From Patescibacteria group bacterium (GTDB lineage Bacteria; Patescibacteriota; Minisyncoccia; UBA6257; 1-14-0-10-40-38), in NCBI GenBank assembly GCA_038064975.1, contig JBBTRX010000007.1, positions 59,026 through 123,025 of the forward strand: 64,000 nt of DNA. Direction: 5' to 3'. Every line of letters begins with the position of its first letter. Positions within the stretch are counted from its first letter, which is position 1. Below the pieces are notes generated by a model. It searched no databases and was not told the origin of the DNA. It saw nothing but the letters and a program-made list of their open reading frames with translations. Of the stretch, positions 18,962 through 29,022 are shown in pieces. A program made the translations under genes and the position numbers.

Positions 18962-19342
18962 ATGGCACATAAAAAATATTCAATTCTTATCGTGGACGAC
19001 GACAAGAGTGTTGCCCATTTGATGCATACGTTAGTTCGCGGACTTGGACACGAAGCACACTGCGTCTATGACGGCAGTGAGGCGATTTCGGCATTCCGCA
19101 CCCGCAAGCCGAAGGTAATCCTCTTGGATATCGGACTCCCTACCATGGACGGCTACGAGGTCGCTCGGACCATCCGCAATCAGAATCACGAAGATCCGGT
19201 AATCATTGTGGCGGTGACCGGGTACGGTCGGAGAGTTGAAAAAATTAAGTCAGAAGAAGCCGGATTCAACTATCACCTAACCAAGCCCGTCTCCATAGAG
19301 GCGTTGAGGCATATTATTGACCCACCTGATGAAGAATTTTAA
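18962..19342 (+). CDS. Single-domain response regulator
   Basis: IVDDD, LLDIGLP, TG and KP motifs. Confidence 0.92.
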   Translation: MAHKKYSILIVDDDKSVAHLMHTLVRGLGHEAHCVYDGSEAISAFRTRKPKVILLDIGLPTMDGYEVARTIRNQNHEDPVIIVAVTGYGRRVEKIKSEEAGFNYHLTKPVSIEALRHIIDPPDEEF

Positions 19343-20115
19343 TCAGCAGAAGGAAGCTTCACTACTAAAGACGTACCATGGGTATCTCCGCTTTCAATAG
19401 AAAGCGTTCCGCGATGCCAGTCAATTATCTTTTTTGCAATAACCAGCCCTAAACCGGAACCCCGTTTTAACTCGGAATCTGTGCGAGGAAATTTCTGAAA
19501 GTTTACAAACGTAGCTGCAGGATTTTGAGAAAAGACGGACTCTCCCCCATGCTCTATGCGAAGTTCCGTAGTGCGATTCAATTTTTCAACTTTTATTTTT
19601 ACGGCTCCTCGATTAGGAACCTGCGCGAGCGCGCGTATCAAAATATTTTCAACCATTTCTTCTATATCGCTCGCGCTTCCCACGACGAGTGCTGCCTCTT
19701 TAGCAGAAACGATAATCTCCACACCGGTACCCGCAAACGCCGACTTTATCCGCTCAACGATTTTCCGTACGAGTGCAGCAAGATCTATTTTTGATTTTGA
19801 AACTTGGCGCATATCCTCGTTGAAATAGATCACCCGTAAAAGATCTTTCATGGTTTGTGCCATGAGATCTACTTCTTGATTCATATCCTTAATATAGGCT
19901 TCCAAAAGCTTTGCCGGACCAGCAGGCATACCTTTATGCTCATACAAGAGAACTTCCGAGCCTGATTTAATGATCGCAAGTGAGGAAGAAATTTCGTGCA
20001 GCATATCGCCTATCATTTTCTTCTGATGTTTCATCGCGGCCTGAAATCTCAGAAACAAAACAATATAGGCGATAAGAAGAGTAATTGCTATCCCGAAAAA
20101 AAGTAATGAAGTCAT
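19339..20115 (-). CDS. Membrane histidine kinase-like protein, degenerate
   Basis: HEISSSL and GSGLGL present; N box and DxG box altered. Confidence 0.8.
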   Translation of the reverse strand: MTSLLFFGIAITLLIAYIVLFLRFQAAMKHQKKMIGDMLHEISSSLAIIKSGSEVLLYEHKGMPAGPAKLLEAYIKDMNQEVDLMAQTMKDLLRVIYFNEDMRQVSKSKIDLAALVRKIVERIKSAFAGTGVEIIVSAKEAALVVGSASDIEEMVENILIRALAQVPNRGAVKIKVEKLNRTTELRIEHGGESVFSQNPAATFVNFQKFPRTDSELKRGSGLGLVIAKKIIDWHRGTLSIESGDTHGTSLVVKLPSAD

Positions 20116-20164
20116 GCGAGGTTTCTCAATAGAATGTTCCGCTTTCCTTAGAAATTTAAATTTC

Positions 20165-20845
20165 TTATCCTTTCAAACGATACCCCACTCCCTGAATGGT
20201 TTCAATGAAATCGCGATGATCTCCTTTCGCTTTGAGTTTCTTGCGCAAATTTTTAACGTGGACGTCGATAACGTTGCTAAAATTATTTGAATTAAAATCC
20301 CACAACTGGCTATAGATCTGCTCGCGGTTCAGCACCTGATTAGGATGCCGCATAAAATATTCCAACAAACTAAACTCTTTCAAGGTAAGAGAAACTTCTT
20401 CCCTATCCAGGAAAACGCGCCGGCTCGCGGTATCCAGCACTAAATTATCTATAGAAAGTTGAGGAGGTAATACTTGATCCGGCCGCCGTAGGAGCGCCCG
20501 AATGCGGGCGAGTAATTCGTCAATTGAAAAAGGCTTCGTAAGATAATCATCGGCACCCAAATCAAGCGCCTGTACTTTATCTTTCATGGTGTGAAGCGCT
20601 GTAAGAACAATGACGGGAAGTTTAATATTTTTTTCCCGAATCTCTTGCATCACTTCAAAACCAGTTTTCTGAGGAAGCATAAGATCTATAATTGCCAAAT
20701 CATATTCTTCGCGGTGAAGCGCGAGGCGCCGCTCCCCAACATCCCCGTCTAACACATAGTCCACGGTGTGGCCATGCTGTTCCAAACCCTGCTTTAACGA
20801 CCGAACCAATTTTTCTTCGTCCTCTATGATAAGAATCCTCGCCAT
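20165..20845 (-). CDS. OmpR/PhoB-family response regulator
   Basis: Receiver with GADDYLTKPF; winged helix with NVIDVHVKNLRKKL...GVGY. Confidence 0.95.
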   Translation of the reverse strand: MARILIIEDEEKLVRSLKQGLEQHGHTVDYVLDGDVGERRLALHREEYDLAIIDLMLPQKTGFEVMQEIREKNIKLPVIVLTALHTMKDKVQALDLGADDYLTKPFSIDELLARIRALLRRPDQVLPPQLSIDNLVLDTASRRVFLDREEVSLTLKEFSLLEYFMRHPNQVLNREQIYSQLWDFNSNNFSNVIDVHVKNLRKKLKAKGDHRDFIETIQGVGYRLKG

Positions 20846-21222
20846 GATTTTTTAATGTCCCCGCTTTGGGAAGAAATATCCTCCCTAGCCATGAGTAATT
20901 TTTAATAATTCACATTATTCCCTGAATTGGGAATGCAGTGATGCTTTTTGAATGATAAAGCCTTGAAAATGAAGGCTTCATGAAGAACGATGAAGATAGA
21001 TTTTATAAGCCATTTTGCTTATCTTTATCGCAAAATGTTTTTTTCAAAAACACCTTTTTTCCCCATGTTCATGATTCACTAACGTTTCACTCGTAAGCCT
21101 CTAAAATGCATAGGTCGCTCGTTGCGTGAAGCATATACCCCACTTCAGATATACGCAATGCGACTGCGCAAGAAAACTAGGCGCACAAAGGTCGACATCA
21201 TAAACCTAACCATATAAACATT

Positions 21223-21435
21223 ATGAATATAACTAATAATAAAGATGACATTAAGCAAGGTGGTCAGGGAGGTTCTCACGAAGGCGGAGGCTCACGAGAA
21301 CGAGGGGGTTCTGATGACAGTGATTCCCGCGAAAAAGGAGGTGGAGGATCACGCGAGAAAGGCGATGATTCTAGCGAACGAGGGAGTGGCTCACGGGAAC
21401 GGGGAGGTTCGGATCGCGGAGGAAGTTCTCGGTAA
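21223..21435 (+). CDS. Low-complexity G/S/R/E-rich hydrophilic protein
   Basis: Repeated GGSRE(K/R)G units; leader motif upstream. Confidence 0.65.
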   Translation: MNITNNKDDIKQGGQGGSHEGGGSRERGGSDDSDSREKGGGGSREKGDDSSERGSGSRERGGSDRGGSSR

Positions 21436-21697
21436 CATCTATTACTCTCTCCCCGAGGCAACAACCCGCGACTAAAACTGACCACGGCCTGGTATGTGGC
21501 ATGTGGAAAAGAGGAAAAAAGGATATCTAAAATAGCAGAATGGCCATAAGACGCGATAAAAAACTATTATCGCGCCGCCCCCGACATCCTCATGATTGCC
21601 ATAACCACATACTGAGAGATTCACGGCAACCCATAGTACAAACAATATCCGCCCATATGGGCGGATATTGTTTGTAAAGAATTGTACAACCCTACGA

Positions 21698-23332
21698 TTA
21701 GAGAGAAAGAACTTTGTAATCCGTAACTTCAACATCCATAAAATCAGTGCGAATTCCGAGACCGTGACTTCCGGTAACCGGCGTACCGCCTGTTGCGCCC
21801 GTATCAAGAGCTTGAGCAATAAGCGTCCACGTTCCTGTTTTGCCCTGATCCATATAGAGTTTAATGTCTACGCCAGCTGGTGTATCTTTCACTATAGTTT
21901 TTATGCCTAGCCACTGGTTATGCGGAAGAAGATTAGGATTGGTCGTTGCGTTGTACGTGCCGGGAAAGACCGTTGCAAACGCAAGCGAAGTATATGTCCC
22001 ATTTCTTTTTTTCTTGATTACTGCCTTGCCGTCAACGCGAAGGCCGGCGTAATAGAGATTTTGCCCATCTTGATAACGATTAAAGAGTAGAAGCGCATTA
22101 TGTTCAGCTTGATTCGGACTGTTGCTTAGATTATCGGCAACGATATTAAAATATGCTGACTGCTCGTAATTCTGCCAAAACTTCTTTGTAACGAGCCGAA
22201 AGATATTTTGGGGATAGAAACCGTTGTCGGTATCTATAGGATTGTTCGCAGCGTAGAGTAATTTCCAGGGATCATTCGCGGGAAGACTCCCGATAATCGT
22301 GCGGCCTACGCCGTTTGCAATATTAAAGTAAGCTCCAGAATTTACCCACCACTCCGCATCAGCGCTCTGAGAAGGAGACGAAGCTTCTATAACGGTCCGG
22401 TTAGTAGAAAGCCCATAGAGAGAACCATCACCTCCACCGTTGCCTCCACTACCACTACTGCCGGATGCGGGCCCTCCTACCAAACGATAGGTGTCCATTT
22501 CTATATCCATGAAGTCACTTCGGATGGCAGGCTTTCCTTCCGCGGTAATGGGAGCGCCATATTTTGAACCGTCATCAAGCGCTTCCGCGACAAGTTTCCA
22601 CGTGCCAGTATTGCCTTGGTCAAGATAGAGTTTCACGCGAACCGCGCCCGAGGTTTCGGTTAATGTTTCTGTCCTCAAACCCATCCAGGTATTTATAGGA
22701 ATAAGGTTCGGCGTCGTTGCCGCATTATACGTACCCGGGAAAACTTTTGAAGAAGCCATCGTGTAGTACGTATTGCCTAATTTCTTTTTAATCACAACTC
22801 CTCCATCCATCCGGATACCTGCGTAGTAGAAAATTTCGTTATTTTGGTAACGCGAAATAAGAGAGATGCCATGATAGGGCTTACGATTTGTGGCATTATC
22901 AAGATTATCGCCTTTGATTCGTGCATAGATTGACTGATCAATATTTTGCCATTTGGTTCGAAAGAAGACTTGAAAGAGATTCTGAGGATGAAAGCCATTA
23001 TCGCTTGCTTGCGGCTGGGAAGCTGCATATATCGCCTTCCACGGATCATTCGCGGGAAGATCTCCTGAAATAGTTTTGCCTACGCCGCCGCTTAATATGA
23101 AGCGGCCACCGGAGGGAAGCCACCAATAAGGACTAGTACTTTGATTCTCTGTATTTGTCTGAACAAGAGTGCCGTTTATATTAAAATTATATGTAAACGG
23201 CGATGTTACTGTTGCCGCCTCACTCGCTTGCACTTCCGTTGTAAGAGTTCGGGAAGGGAACAGGGTTACAGTCGCGATTGCCACAACTAAAGCAATCTTT
23301 CCGAAAAACGCTGCAGAATTTCTAATAATCAT
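21698..23332 (-). CDS. Secreted protein with two copies of an unknown beta-rich domain
   Basis: Signal peptide; WWxxSG...PQN...RYQ...VIKKK...RxDFMD occurs twice. Confidence 0.85.
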   Translation of the reverse strand: MIIRNSAAFFGKIALVVAIATVTLFPSRTLTTEVQASEAATVTSPFTYNFNINGTLVQTNTENQSTSPYWWLPSGGRFILSGGVGKTISGDLPANDPWKAIYAASQPQASDNGFHPQNLFQVFFRTKWQNIDQSIYARIKGDNLDNATNRKPYHGISLISRYQNNEIFYYAGIRMDGGVVIKKKLGNTYYTMASSKVFPGTYNAATTPNLIPINTWMGLRTETLTETSGAVRVKLYLDQGNTGTWKLVAEALDDGSKYGAPITAEGKPAIRSDFMDIEMDTYRLVGGPASGSSGSGGNGGGDGSLYGLSTNRTVIEASSPSQSADAEWWVNSGAYFNIANGVGRTIIGSLPANDPWKLLYAANNPIDTDNGFYPQNIFRLVTKKFWQNYEQSAYFNIVADNLSNSPNQAEHNALLLFNRYQDGQNLYYAGLRVDGKAVIKKKRNGTYTSLAFATVFPGTYNATTNPNLLPHNQWLGIKTIVKDTPAGVDIKLYMDQGKTGTWTLIAQALDTGATGGTPVTGSHGLGIRTDFMDVEVTDYKVLSL

Positions 23333-23572
23333 ACGAATAAACTCGGCTCTTTGATAAAAACCTAGAGAAACTCTTTGTTAGAGAGTACTAATCCCGGTAG
23401 AAAGAGAAGTCCGATACTACAGAATTAATTTGTTTTTATTATTAATGCGCGCGTGCTGTCCTCCAAAGGTTTGCGACAATTATTCCTAGGGGAACCTAAG
23501 TACCCTAGCAAGAAGAAATGAAGTGCAAGCCATGATATGTGGATAACTTATGAAGGATTTTTTAGAATATCA

Positions 23573-23600
23573 AAAAACCCCTATTGTATAGGGGTTTTTT
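23573..23600. terminator. Intrinsic terminator
   Basis: aaaaaaccccta-ttgta-taggggtttttt. Confidence 0.8.
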
Positions 23601-23627
23601 GGTCTACTTCAATGATCTATTTCTTCA

Positions 23628-24887
23628 TTAACGCTTCATAATTTTAGTGCCTTCCGCAACAGTAACGACCGGAACGTTATTTGCTTTTATGTAGTCGGTA
23701 ATTTCCTGAAGCATCGCCGGAGTGGTGCTATAAGGGCCACCGGTAGTATCAATATTATGGAATACTAAGATCTGCCAGCGTTTATTCTTAACAGCATCGT
23801 CTATCCATCCTTTGACCTGCGTCATTGTTACACCAGTCTGGACAGCTCTCCGCTCCAAAAGAAGCGGATCCTCGTTTTTATCCGTCACTCCTCCGTTTGA
23901 GGTTCGTGTTCCTTCGTAAATTTGTTTTACTAAAGCGTTTGTCACCCTATTATAGGCACCGAAAGGATACACAAACGTTGTAACGGAGCGAACCCCAATC
24001 GCGAGAAGATCTTCGCGAGAACCCGCAATTTCTGAATGCAGTTCAGATTGCGAAAGCGTTGTCAGATCTTTATGCGTTCGTGAGTGCGATCCGATTTCAT
24101 GTCCGGCTGCCTGCATGTTGAGCACTTCCTGTTGATTCACATATCCGGGAAATCCAAAGTTTTTGGTGATAATATAGAAGCTCGCTTTGAGTCCCGCATC
24201 GGTTATGATCGGAAATCCATAGTCATATGCGTTTCTATGTCCATCGTCAAAATTCAACGAAATCATGCCGGTCGGAAATTTTGACGGATCAGCGTCAGCT
24301 GTTTCGGCAAAACTATAATTATCAACTGTGAGAGATCCGACGCTTTTGATTACGTGGAAAACGCTGATACTTGTAACATCCGCTGGCATCGTGAAGACTT
24401 TTACAAACTGTTGCCAGTCCGCCGAAGCTTCTGGCTTTCCGATATCCATATATTGGAATGTGCCGTTCGTCTTCGTTAAACGCACCGTTAGGTAACTCTG
24501 AACGTTAGAGTTATAGTAGTTGGAGAATTTATAAACCTTGCCCGAGACTACCGGTACGTCCGTGAAATACCATTTTGCATCACCGGTCGTATAATTCGTA
24601 ATTTCAACTTTTGCTGCTTTCTCACTGTTATATCCGGGACTCACGGGATAGGTAAATACTCTCGTATTGCTTCCCCATCCGCCCTTCGCCCAGTTAGCAG
24701 GATTGCCGTTGGCGGCAGCTGTTTCAAACGAAGGATTCTGGATAAGATTAGCCGCATCCTCTGCTGCATCAGCGCTCATGGGATGCAAGCTCACGGAAGA
24801 AATTATTGCTACTACGAAAGCACTGGCGATCGCGCGCCATGCCGCGGTTTTAAGAAATCTGGTGAGTGGTGTATATATACTTCTCAT
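23628..24887 (-). CDS. Secreted polysaccharide deacetylase (CE4/NodB) with N-terminal CBM4/9-like domain
   Basis: NLIQNPSFE; NFDDG, HSRTH, YPFG and LVFH motifs. Confidence 0.9.
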   Translation of the reverse strand: MRSIYTPLTRFLKTAAWRAIASAFVVAIISSVSLHPMSADAAEDAANLIQNPSFETAAANGNPANWAKGGWGSNTRVFTYPVSPGYNSEKAAKVEITNYTTGDAKWYFTDVPVVSGKVYKFSNYYNSNVQSYLTVRLTKTNGTFQYMDIGKPEASADWQQFVKVFTMPADVTSISVFHVIKSVGSLTVDNYSFAETADADPSKFPTGMISLNFDDGHRNAYDYGFPIITDAGLKASFYIITKNFGFPGYVNQQEVLNMQAAGHEIGSHSRTHKDLTTLSQSELHSEIAGSREDLLAIGVRSVTTFVYPFGAYNRVTNALVKQIYEGTRTSNGGVTDKNEDPLLLERRAVQTGVTMTQVKGWIDDAVKNKRWQILVFHNIDTTGGPYSTTPAMLQEITDYIKANNVPVVTVAEGTKIMKR

Positions 24888-24972
24888 AGTGGTAATGGAA
24901 TGTGATTAGTTATCTTGGATTATGAAACTCATTATTTTCTTAAGCATAGTGATAAGAAAATCGTAAACGAAG

Positions 24973-25977
24973 CTACCCTCCAGGGTCGCTAAAGACCATC
25001 TGCCTAAATTCTAGATCCATAAAATCAGATCGGATTCCCGCGTGACCCGATTCCAAAATTGGAGAGCCCGTATCTGACTTCTCGCTGTCCTCAATGGTAA
25101 GTACTTGGACCCACTCTCCCTTATTCTCCTTATCTAATGAAAGCGTGATACGGACAGTGCCATTATCTGTATCCTCCACTCTACTCATGATTCCTATCCA
25201 GCTGTTTTGTGGAAGAAGATTCTCTCCCGTTCCGCTCCACTCCGGTTTGTACGCGAGTGTGTAATATTTCCCGTTTAATTTTTTCTTGATAACGGCAGCG
25301 CCATCAACACGAATACCAGCCAGATATAATGTAGCTTCGCTCTGGTAACGCCCCAATAGGAATATTCCATTTGAATCGTTTCTATTCGGACTTGGCGTTT
25401 CGTTGTAGGAAAGGATCCTCACGTACATCTTTTCTTCAACGTTTTTCCACGTATCCCGTGTAAGTAGGCGGAATAAATTTTGCGGACGATAACCCTGATC
25501 AGTATCAATAGGATTTGTAGACGAATATGCCCTCCTCCATGGAGATGCTTCGGGTAATGTGCCGGTATTTGTTCTCACGATGTCGCCGTCAATTTCAAAA
25601 AGAGCTCCTGAATTTAACCACCACATCGAATTTACACTTTTCTCTTCAATTTCTGTTTCTTCTATGACGTTCGCTCTAAGTATTGGTACTACAGAAACAG
25701 TGGAAGCTGCCTCAGGTTGCTTAGCCACCGGAACTTGCTGGATTGGAATTTGTTGATTGGTAATTTTTGCTAGTGCGGTTTTTTTGATTTGAGACTCCTC
25801 AGCAGTAGAAACTTGTGATTTAACTCCTTCTTCAACTGGCTTATTTGAAGGTGCAGCACTATGACTAACCGAATTACTGCGCGGTGCTTTAAAAAACATA
25901 CCGGCCGCCGTAAGCAGGAAAAAGAATATGAGGAGTGGAAGAATTACAACAAATGATCTGGTTCTTTTCATATGCAT
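24973..25977 (-). CDS. Membrane-anchored protein with one copy of the same unknown domain
   Basis: TM helix, linker, WWLNSG...PQNLFR...VIKKK...RSDFMD. Confidence 0.85.
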   Translation of the reverse strand: MHMKRTRSFVVILPLLIFFFLLTAAGMFFKAPRSNSVSHSAAPSNKPVEEGVKSQVSTAEESQIKKTALAKITNQQIPIQQVPVAKQPEAASTVSVVPILRANVIEETEIEEKSVNSMWWLNSGALFEIDGDIVRTNTGTLPEASPWRRAYSSTNPIDTDQGYRPQNLFRLLTRDTWKNVEEKMYVRILSYNETPSPNRNDSNGIFLLGRYQSEATLYLAGIRVDGAAVIKKKLNGKYYTLAYKPEWSGTGENLLPQNSWIGIMSRVEDTDNGTVRITLSLDKENKGEWVQVLTIEDSEKSDTGSPILESGHAGIRSDFMDLEFRQMVFSDPGG

Positions 25978-25985
25978 AGATGAAA

Positions 25986-27608
25986 TTAAAGTAATTCTTG
26001 GACGCTCACATCACGGATGATGAGCTCGCTATTATTAAACTCAGCGTCCCACGTTTTAAACCCTATGCCGCCTTCGCTCAGGCTCTCGTCCAAAAATTCC
26101 GTTGCCACGAGAACTTCGCCGTTCAGCAAACATTCAATAGTCCGACCATGTGCGCGCATGCCAATTTCAAACCCTTCTTCGGGGAATATATTATCGTGAG
26201 TTTCTCCGCGAATAACTTTCACCTTGCCGCCTCCTACAACCTGTTCAACATGAACGAGAGACTTTCCAAAATTGCATGCCGCATAATTGCCACTGTCTTG
26301 CACGCGACCCCAGAGATAAATATTGCTGCCTTTTGGCCACACGACGTCAGCTTTAACTTCGTAATTTTTCCAGAGACGCGATCCGTCCAAAATTGCCACG
26401 CTCCCCGACCCTTCAGAGCGCGCGGCGAGCCGCAATCGCGAAGGGAAAAATTCCACAACCCCCCAGTTCGTGCTTGCCCAGCCACGATCAGTAGAAAAAT
26501 TATCATGATGAGGAAGAGGTTTTGCAGCGCCCGTTTCTAGAACGTGGAGCAATTTCTCTCCTGTCCAATTTGCGTCCACGCCGATACGTTTTACTAATGT
26601 CCCCTCATCGCTCCCGCCGACGCTTCCTCCAGTATAAATTTGGCTGTAAAAATAGTTCTGGCTGTAAATTTTCCCCGTTGCAAATTGGAAAAATAAAATA
26701 GAATATATCTGCCGCGCCCGTTCAATCACGATACCGGCAACTTCCGGAAAATTAACGGTTCGTTCTCCAAAGTCACCAAATGGAAACGCAAAGCTTATAA
26801 TCGGTTTATCCAATAAGTTTTCCAGACGCTTACGGGAATCAATTAAATCTTTAGTTATGCGCGCAGTAAATTCATCGCTCTCCTCCAGGCGCCCACCGCT
26901 TATAAGCTCTGGCTGCGAAAGCCAACGGAGATTGCTAAAAAACGGAGCGCTCTCGCCCTGGTTATCAATCTCAATACTTCCATGGCCATTCACGCTATGT
27001 GATCCAATTGTCCATCTGCCGCTCCTTTCCATTTGTTCAATTTCTCTTGAACTAAGATAATAACTGCTTTTTTTGAGGTCTAACGTGTTCGTAATAATGA
27101 AGATCGTTGCTTCATAGTTCAGCGCTTTTAAAATGGGATCCACAGGGTAATAACTGTCTTTTCTGCCATCATCAAATGTAAGGAGAAATGATTTGGTTGG
27201 CAGATTTTTATTCCCTTTCAAAAAATCATAAAAATCTTCCAAGCTCACCGTTTCATAGCCTGCGCTTTTCAGCGTGAACATGTGTTCCCTGAATCTGCTG
27301 ATATTAATATTTTCATCGTCAGCTTCTTCCATTACACCGTGATACAGAAGGACGGGAACGGAAAGCGTTGGAGAAAAATGGTACGTAACGTTATACGAAG
27401 GGAATAAGCTTTTGGGATCTCCAAAAATACCTGAAGCTAAAGCATAGTCATAGGTCGGCAAATATACTTCCGTAAGATATGAAAGGCGCAAATTTGAAAA
27501 CCAATGTTCGCGCACATAAAACCCGTATACTAACGCTCCTTGGATCGCCAGCATACAAATAAAAATAGCTAGGTTTTTGTATTTAAGTCGTAATCTCGTG
27601 GTATTCAT
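25986..27608 (-). CDS. PgaB/IcaB-like polysaccharide deacetylase with C-terminal beta-sandwich domain
   Basis: VPVLLYHG, LTFDDG, SHSVNGH and AFPFG motifs. Confidence 0.88.
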   Translation of the reverse strand: MNTTRLRLKYKNLAIFICMLAIQGALVYGFYVREHWFSNLRLSYLTEVYLPTYDYALASGIFGDPKSLFPSYNVTYHFSPTLSVPVLLYHGVMEEADDENINISRFREHMFTLKSAGYETVSLEDFYDFLKGNKNLPTKSFLLTFDDGRKDSYYPVDPILKALNYEATIFIITNTLDLKKSSYYLSSREIEQMERSGRWTIGSHSVNGHGSIEIDNQGESAPFFSNLRWLSQPELISGGRLEESDEFTARITKDLIDSRKRLENLLDKPIISFAFPFGDFGERTVNFPEVAGIVIERARQIYSILFFQFATGKIYSQNYFYSQIYTGGSVGGSDEGTLVKRIGVDANWTGEKLLHVLETGAAKPLPHHDNFSTDRGWASTNWGVVEFFPSRLRLAARSEGSGSVAILDGSRLWKNYEVKADVVWPKGSNIYLWGRVQDSGNYAACNFGKSLVHVEQVVGGGKVKVIRGETHDNIFPEEGFEIGMRAHGRTIECLLNGEVLVATEFLDESLSEGGIGFKTWDAEFNNSELIIRDVSVQELL

Positions 27609-27613
27609 ACTTT

Positions 27614-28981
27614 TTAGCGTGTTCCCCATCGCGGATCCTTTAACGTCATCATTGCCCACGGCAGCTGCCACATAAGAGCAAGTGTGTAGATAATTGCGAA
27701 GCAAACTCCATATATCCAGTATTTATCCCTGGTGTAGACGTAATAATAAATTCCGTAACACAATGCCATTAAGAAAAGTCCGATAATATAAAACCAGGGA
27801 GCATTACCTGTCAGGAACGGCTGCCAGATAAGGGCGCGCAACGCAACAATAGGTGAAACTAAAGGCAAAATGGCGCCCAAATAAAACGAGATACTCATAA
27901 TCGGATTGCGCTTCCAAATGAAAAGCCCGGCTTTGAGCGTTTCTTTAGTCCACGATTTCTTCCACCGCAACTGCTGGCGCATGAACTGACGAAATGTATC
28001 CGGTACGATGGTGTAAATTTTCGCCTTTGGAGCATAAAGCGTGATATAGCCGTCTCGAAGCAAAAAATTAGTGAGACTCCTATCGTCACCATACGTGCAC
28101 TGTTGACCTAAAAATTTCTGATACCGCCACTCATCAAGAACTTTCATCATGTACGTACGCCTATACGCAGAGCCGCAGCCCGAGCAACACGTCACTGTTC
28201 CAAACAGAGACTCCGCTGCTTTGTACGCCTTGAATGCCACAAAATACCGAACATCCTGCATTTTGGTAAGAGCATTTGTATCGGCATTCGCGACAAAACC
28301 GTGGCCAGCCACCGCCCCCACTCTTGGATCAATAAAATATTTCACCAGTTCTCGGAGTGTATCTTCGACAACAAAACTATCTGAATCAATAAATACGACG
28401 AGCTCGTTTTTTGAACGCAAGGTACATTCCGCCATACCCTCGCGTTTACCGCGATTTTCCTCCCAATGAACAACCTCTACTTCTACGCCGATACGTTTCG
28501 CAAGTTTTTTAGCTTCGAGCATCTCCGCTAATGTAGCGTCAGTTGAGCCATCATTTACCGCTACGATATCAAATTTGTGCTTTGGATAATCGCTCTCCGC
28601 GATTTTCATGATTGTTTCCCGTATATTTGCGCCTTCGTTTTTTGAAGGCACAGCAAACGTGACAGTCGGCTCATAACCTTCACTATTTCCTGTGGGCACA
28701 GGATCATAAAGATATGCCAGAGCAAATCGACTCAAGATATAGAGAGAAACTAATATGCTGTAAGCCCCAAAAAGAATACCGTCATCTAATTCCCGTATCG
28801 TGACGAACTTAAGCACGAGAATAATGTAGACGATAAAATAAAATATGGCCCACGCATTGATATGATGCGATTTCCAGTATTCCACAACCGCGTTCAACCA
28901 TTTCTTCCATCCGGAAGAAATGGTTGAAGAAAGTGGTTTCTTTTTAGCGAATTGTAGCGAGTTTGGAATTATATCTTTCAT
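27614..28981 (-). CDS. Processive GT2 synthase, hyaluronan synthase/NodC-like
   Basis: NDGS, GKRE, FIDSD, CTYGDDR and QQLRW; TM helices at both ends. Confidence 0.9.
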   Translation of the reverse strand: MKDIIPNSLQFAKKKPLSSTISSGWKKWLNAVVEYWKSHHINAWAIFYFIVYIILVLKFVTIRELDDGILFGAYSILVSLYILSRFALAYLYDPVPTGNSEGYEPTVTFAVPSKNEGANIRETIMKIAESDYPKHKFDIVAVNDGSTDATLAEMLEAKKLAKRIGVEVEVVHWEENRGKREGMAECTLRSKNELVVFIDSDSFVVEDTLRELVKYFIDPRVGAVAGHGFVANADTNALTKMQDVRYFVAFKAYKAAESLFGTVTCCSGCGSAYRRTYMMKVLDEWRYQKFLGQQCTYGDDRSLTNFLLRDGYITLYAPKAKIYTIVPDTFRQFMRQQLRWKKSWTKETLKAGLFIWKRNPIMSISFYLGAILPLVSPIVALRALIWQPFLTGNAPWFYIIGLFLMALCYGIYYYVYTRDKYWIYGVCFAIIYTLALMWQLPWAMMTLKDPRWGTR

Positions 28982-29022
28982 GAGAGAATCCTTATCTATT
29001 TTTTACTGCGATACCGCCTACA

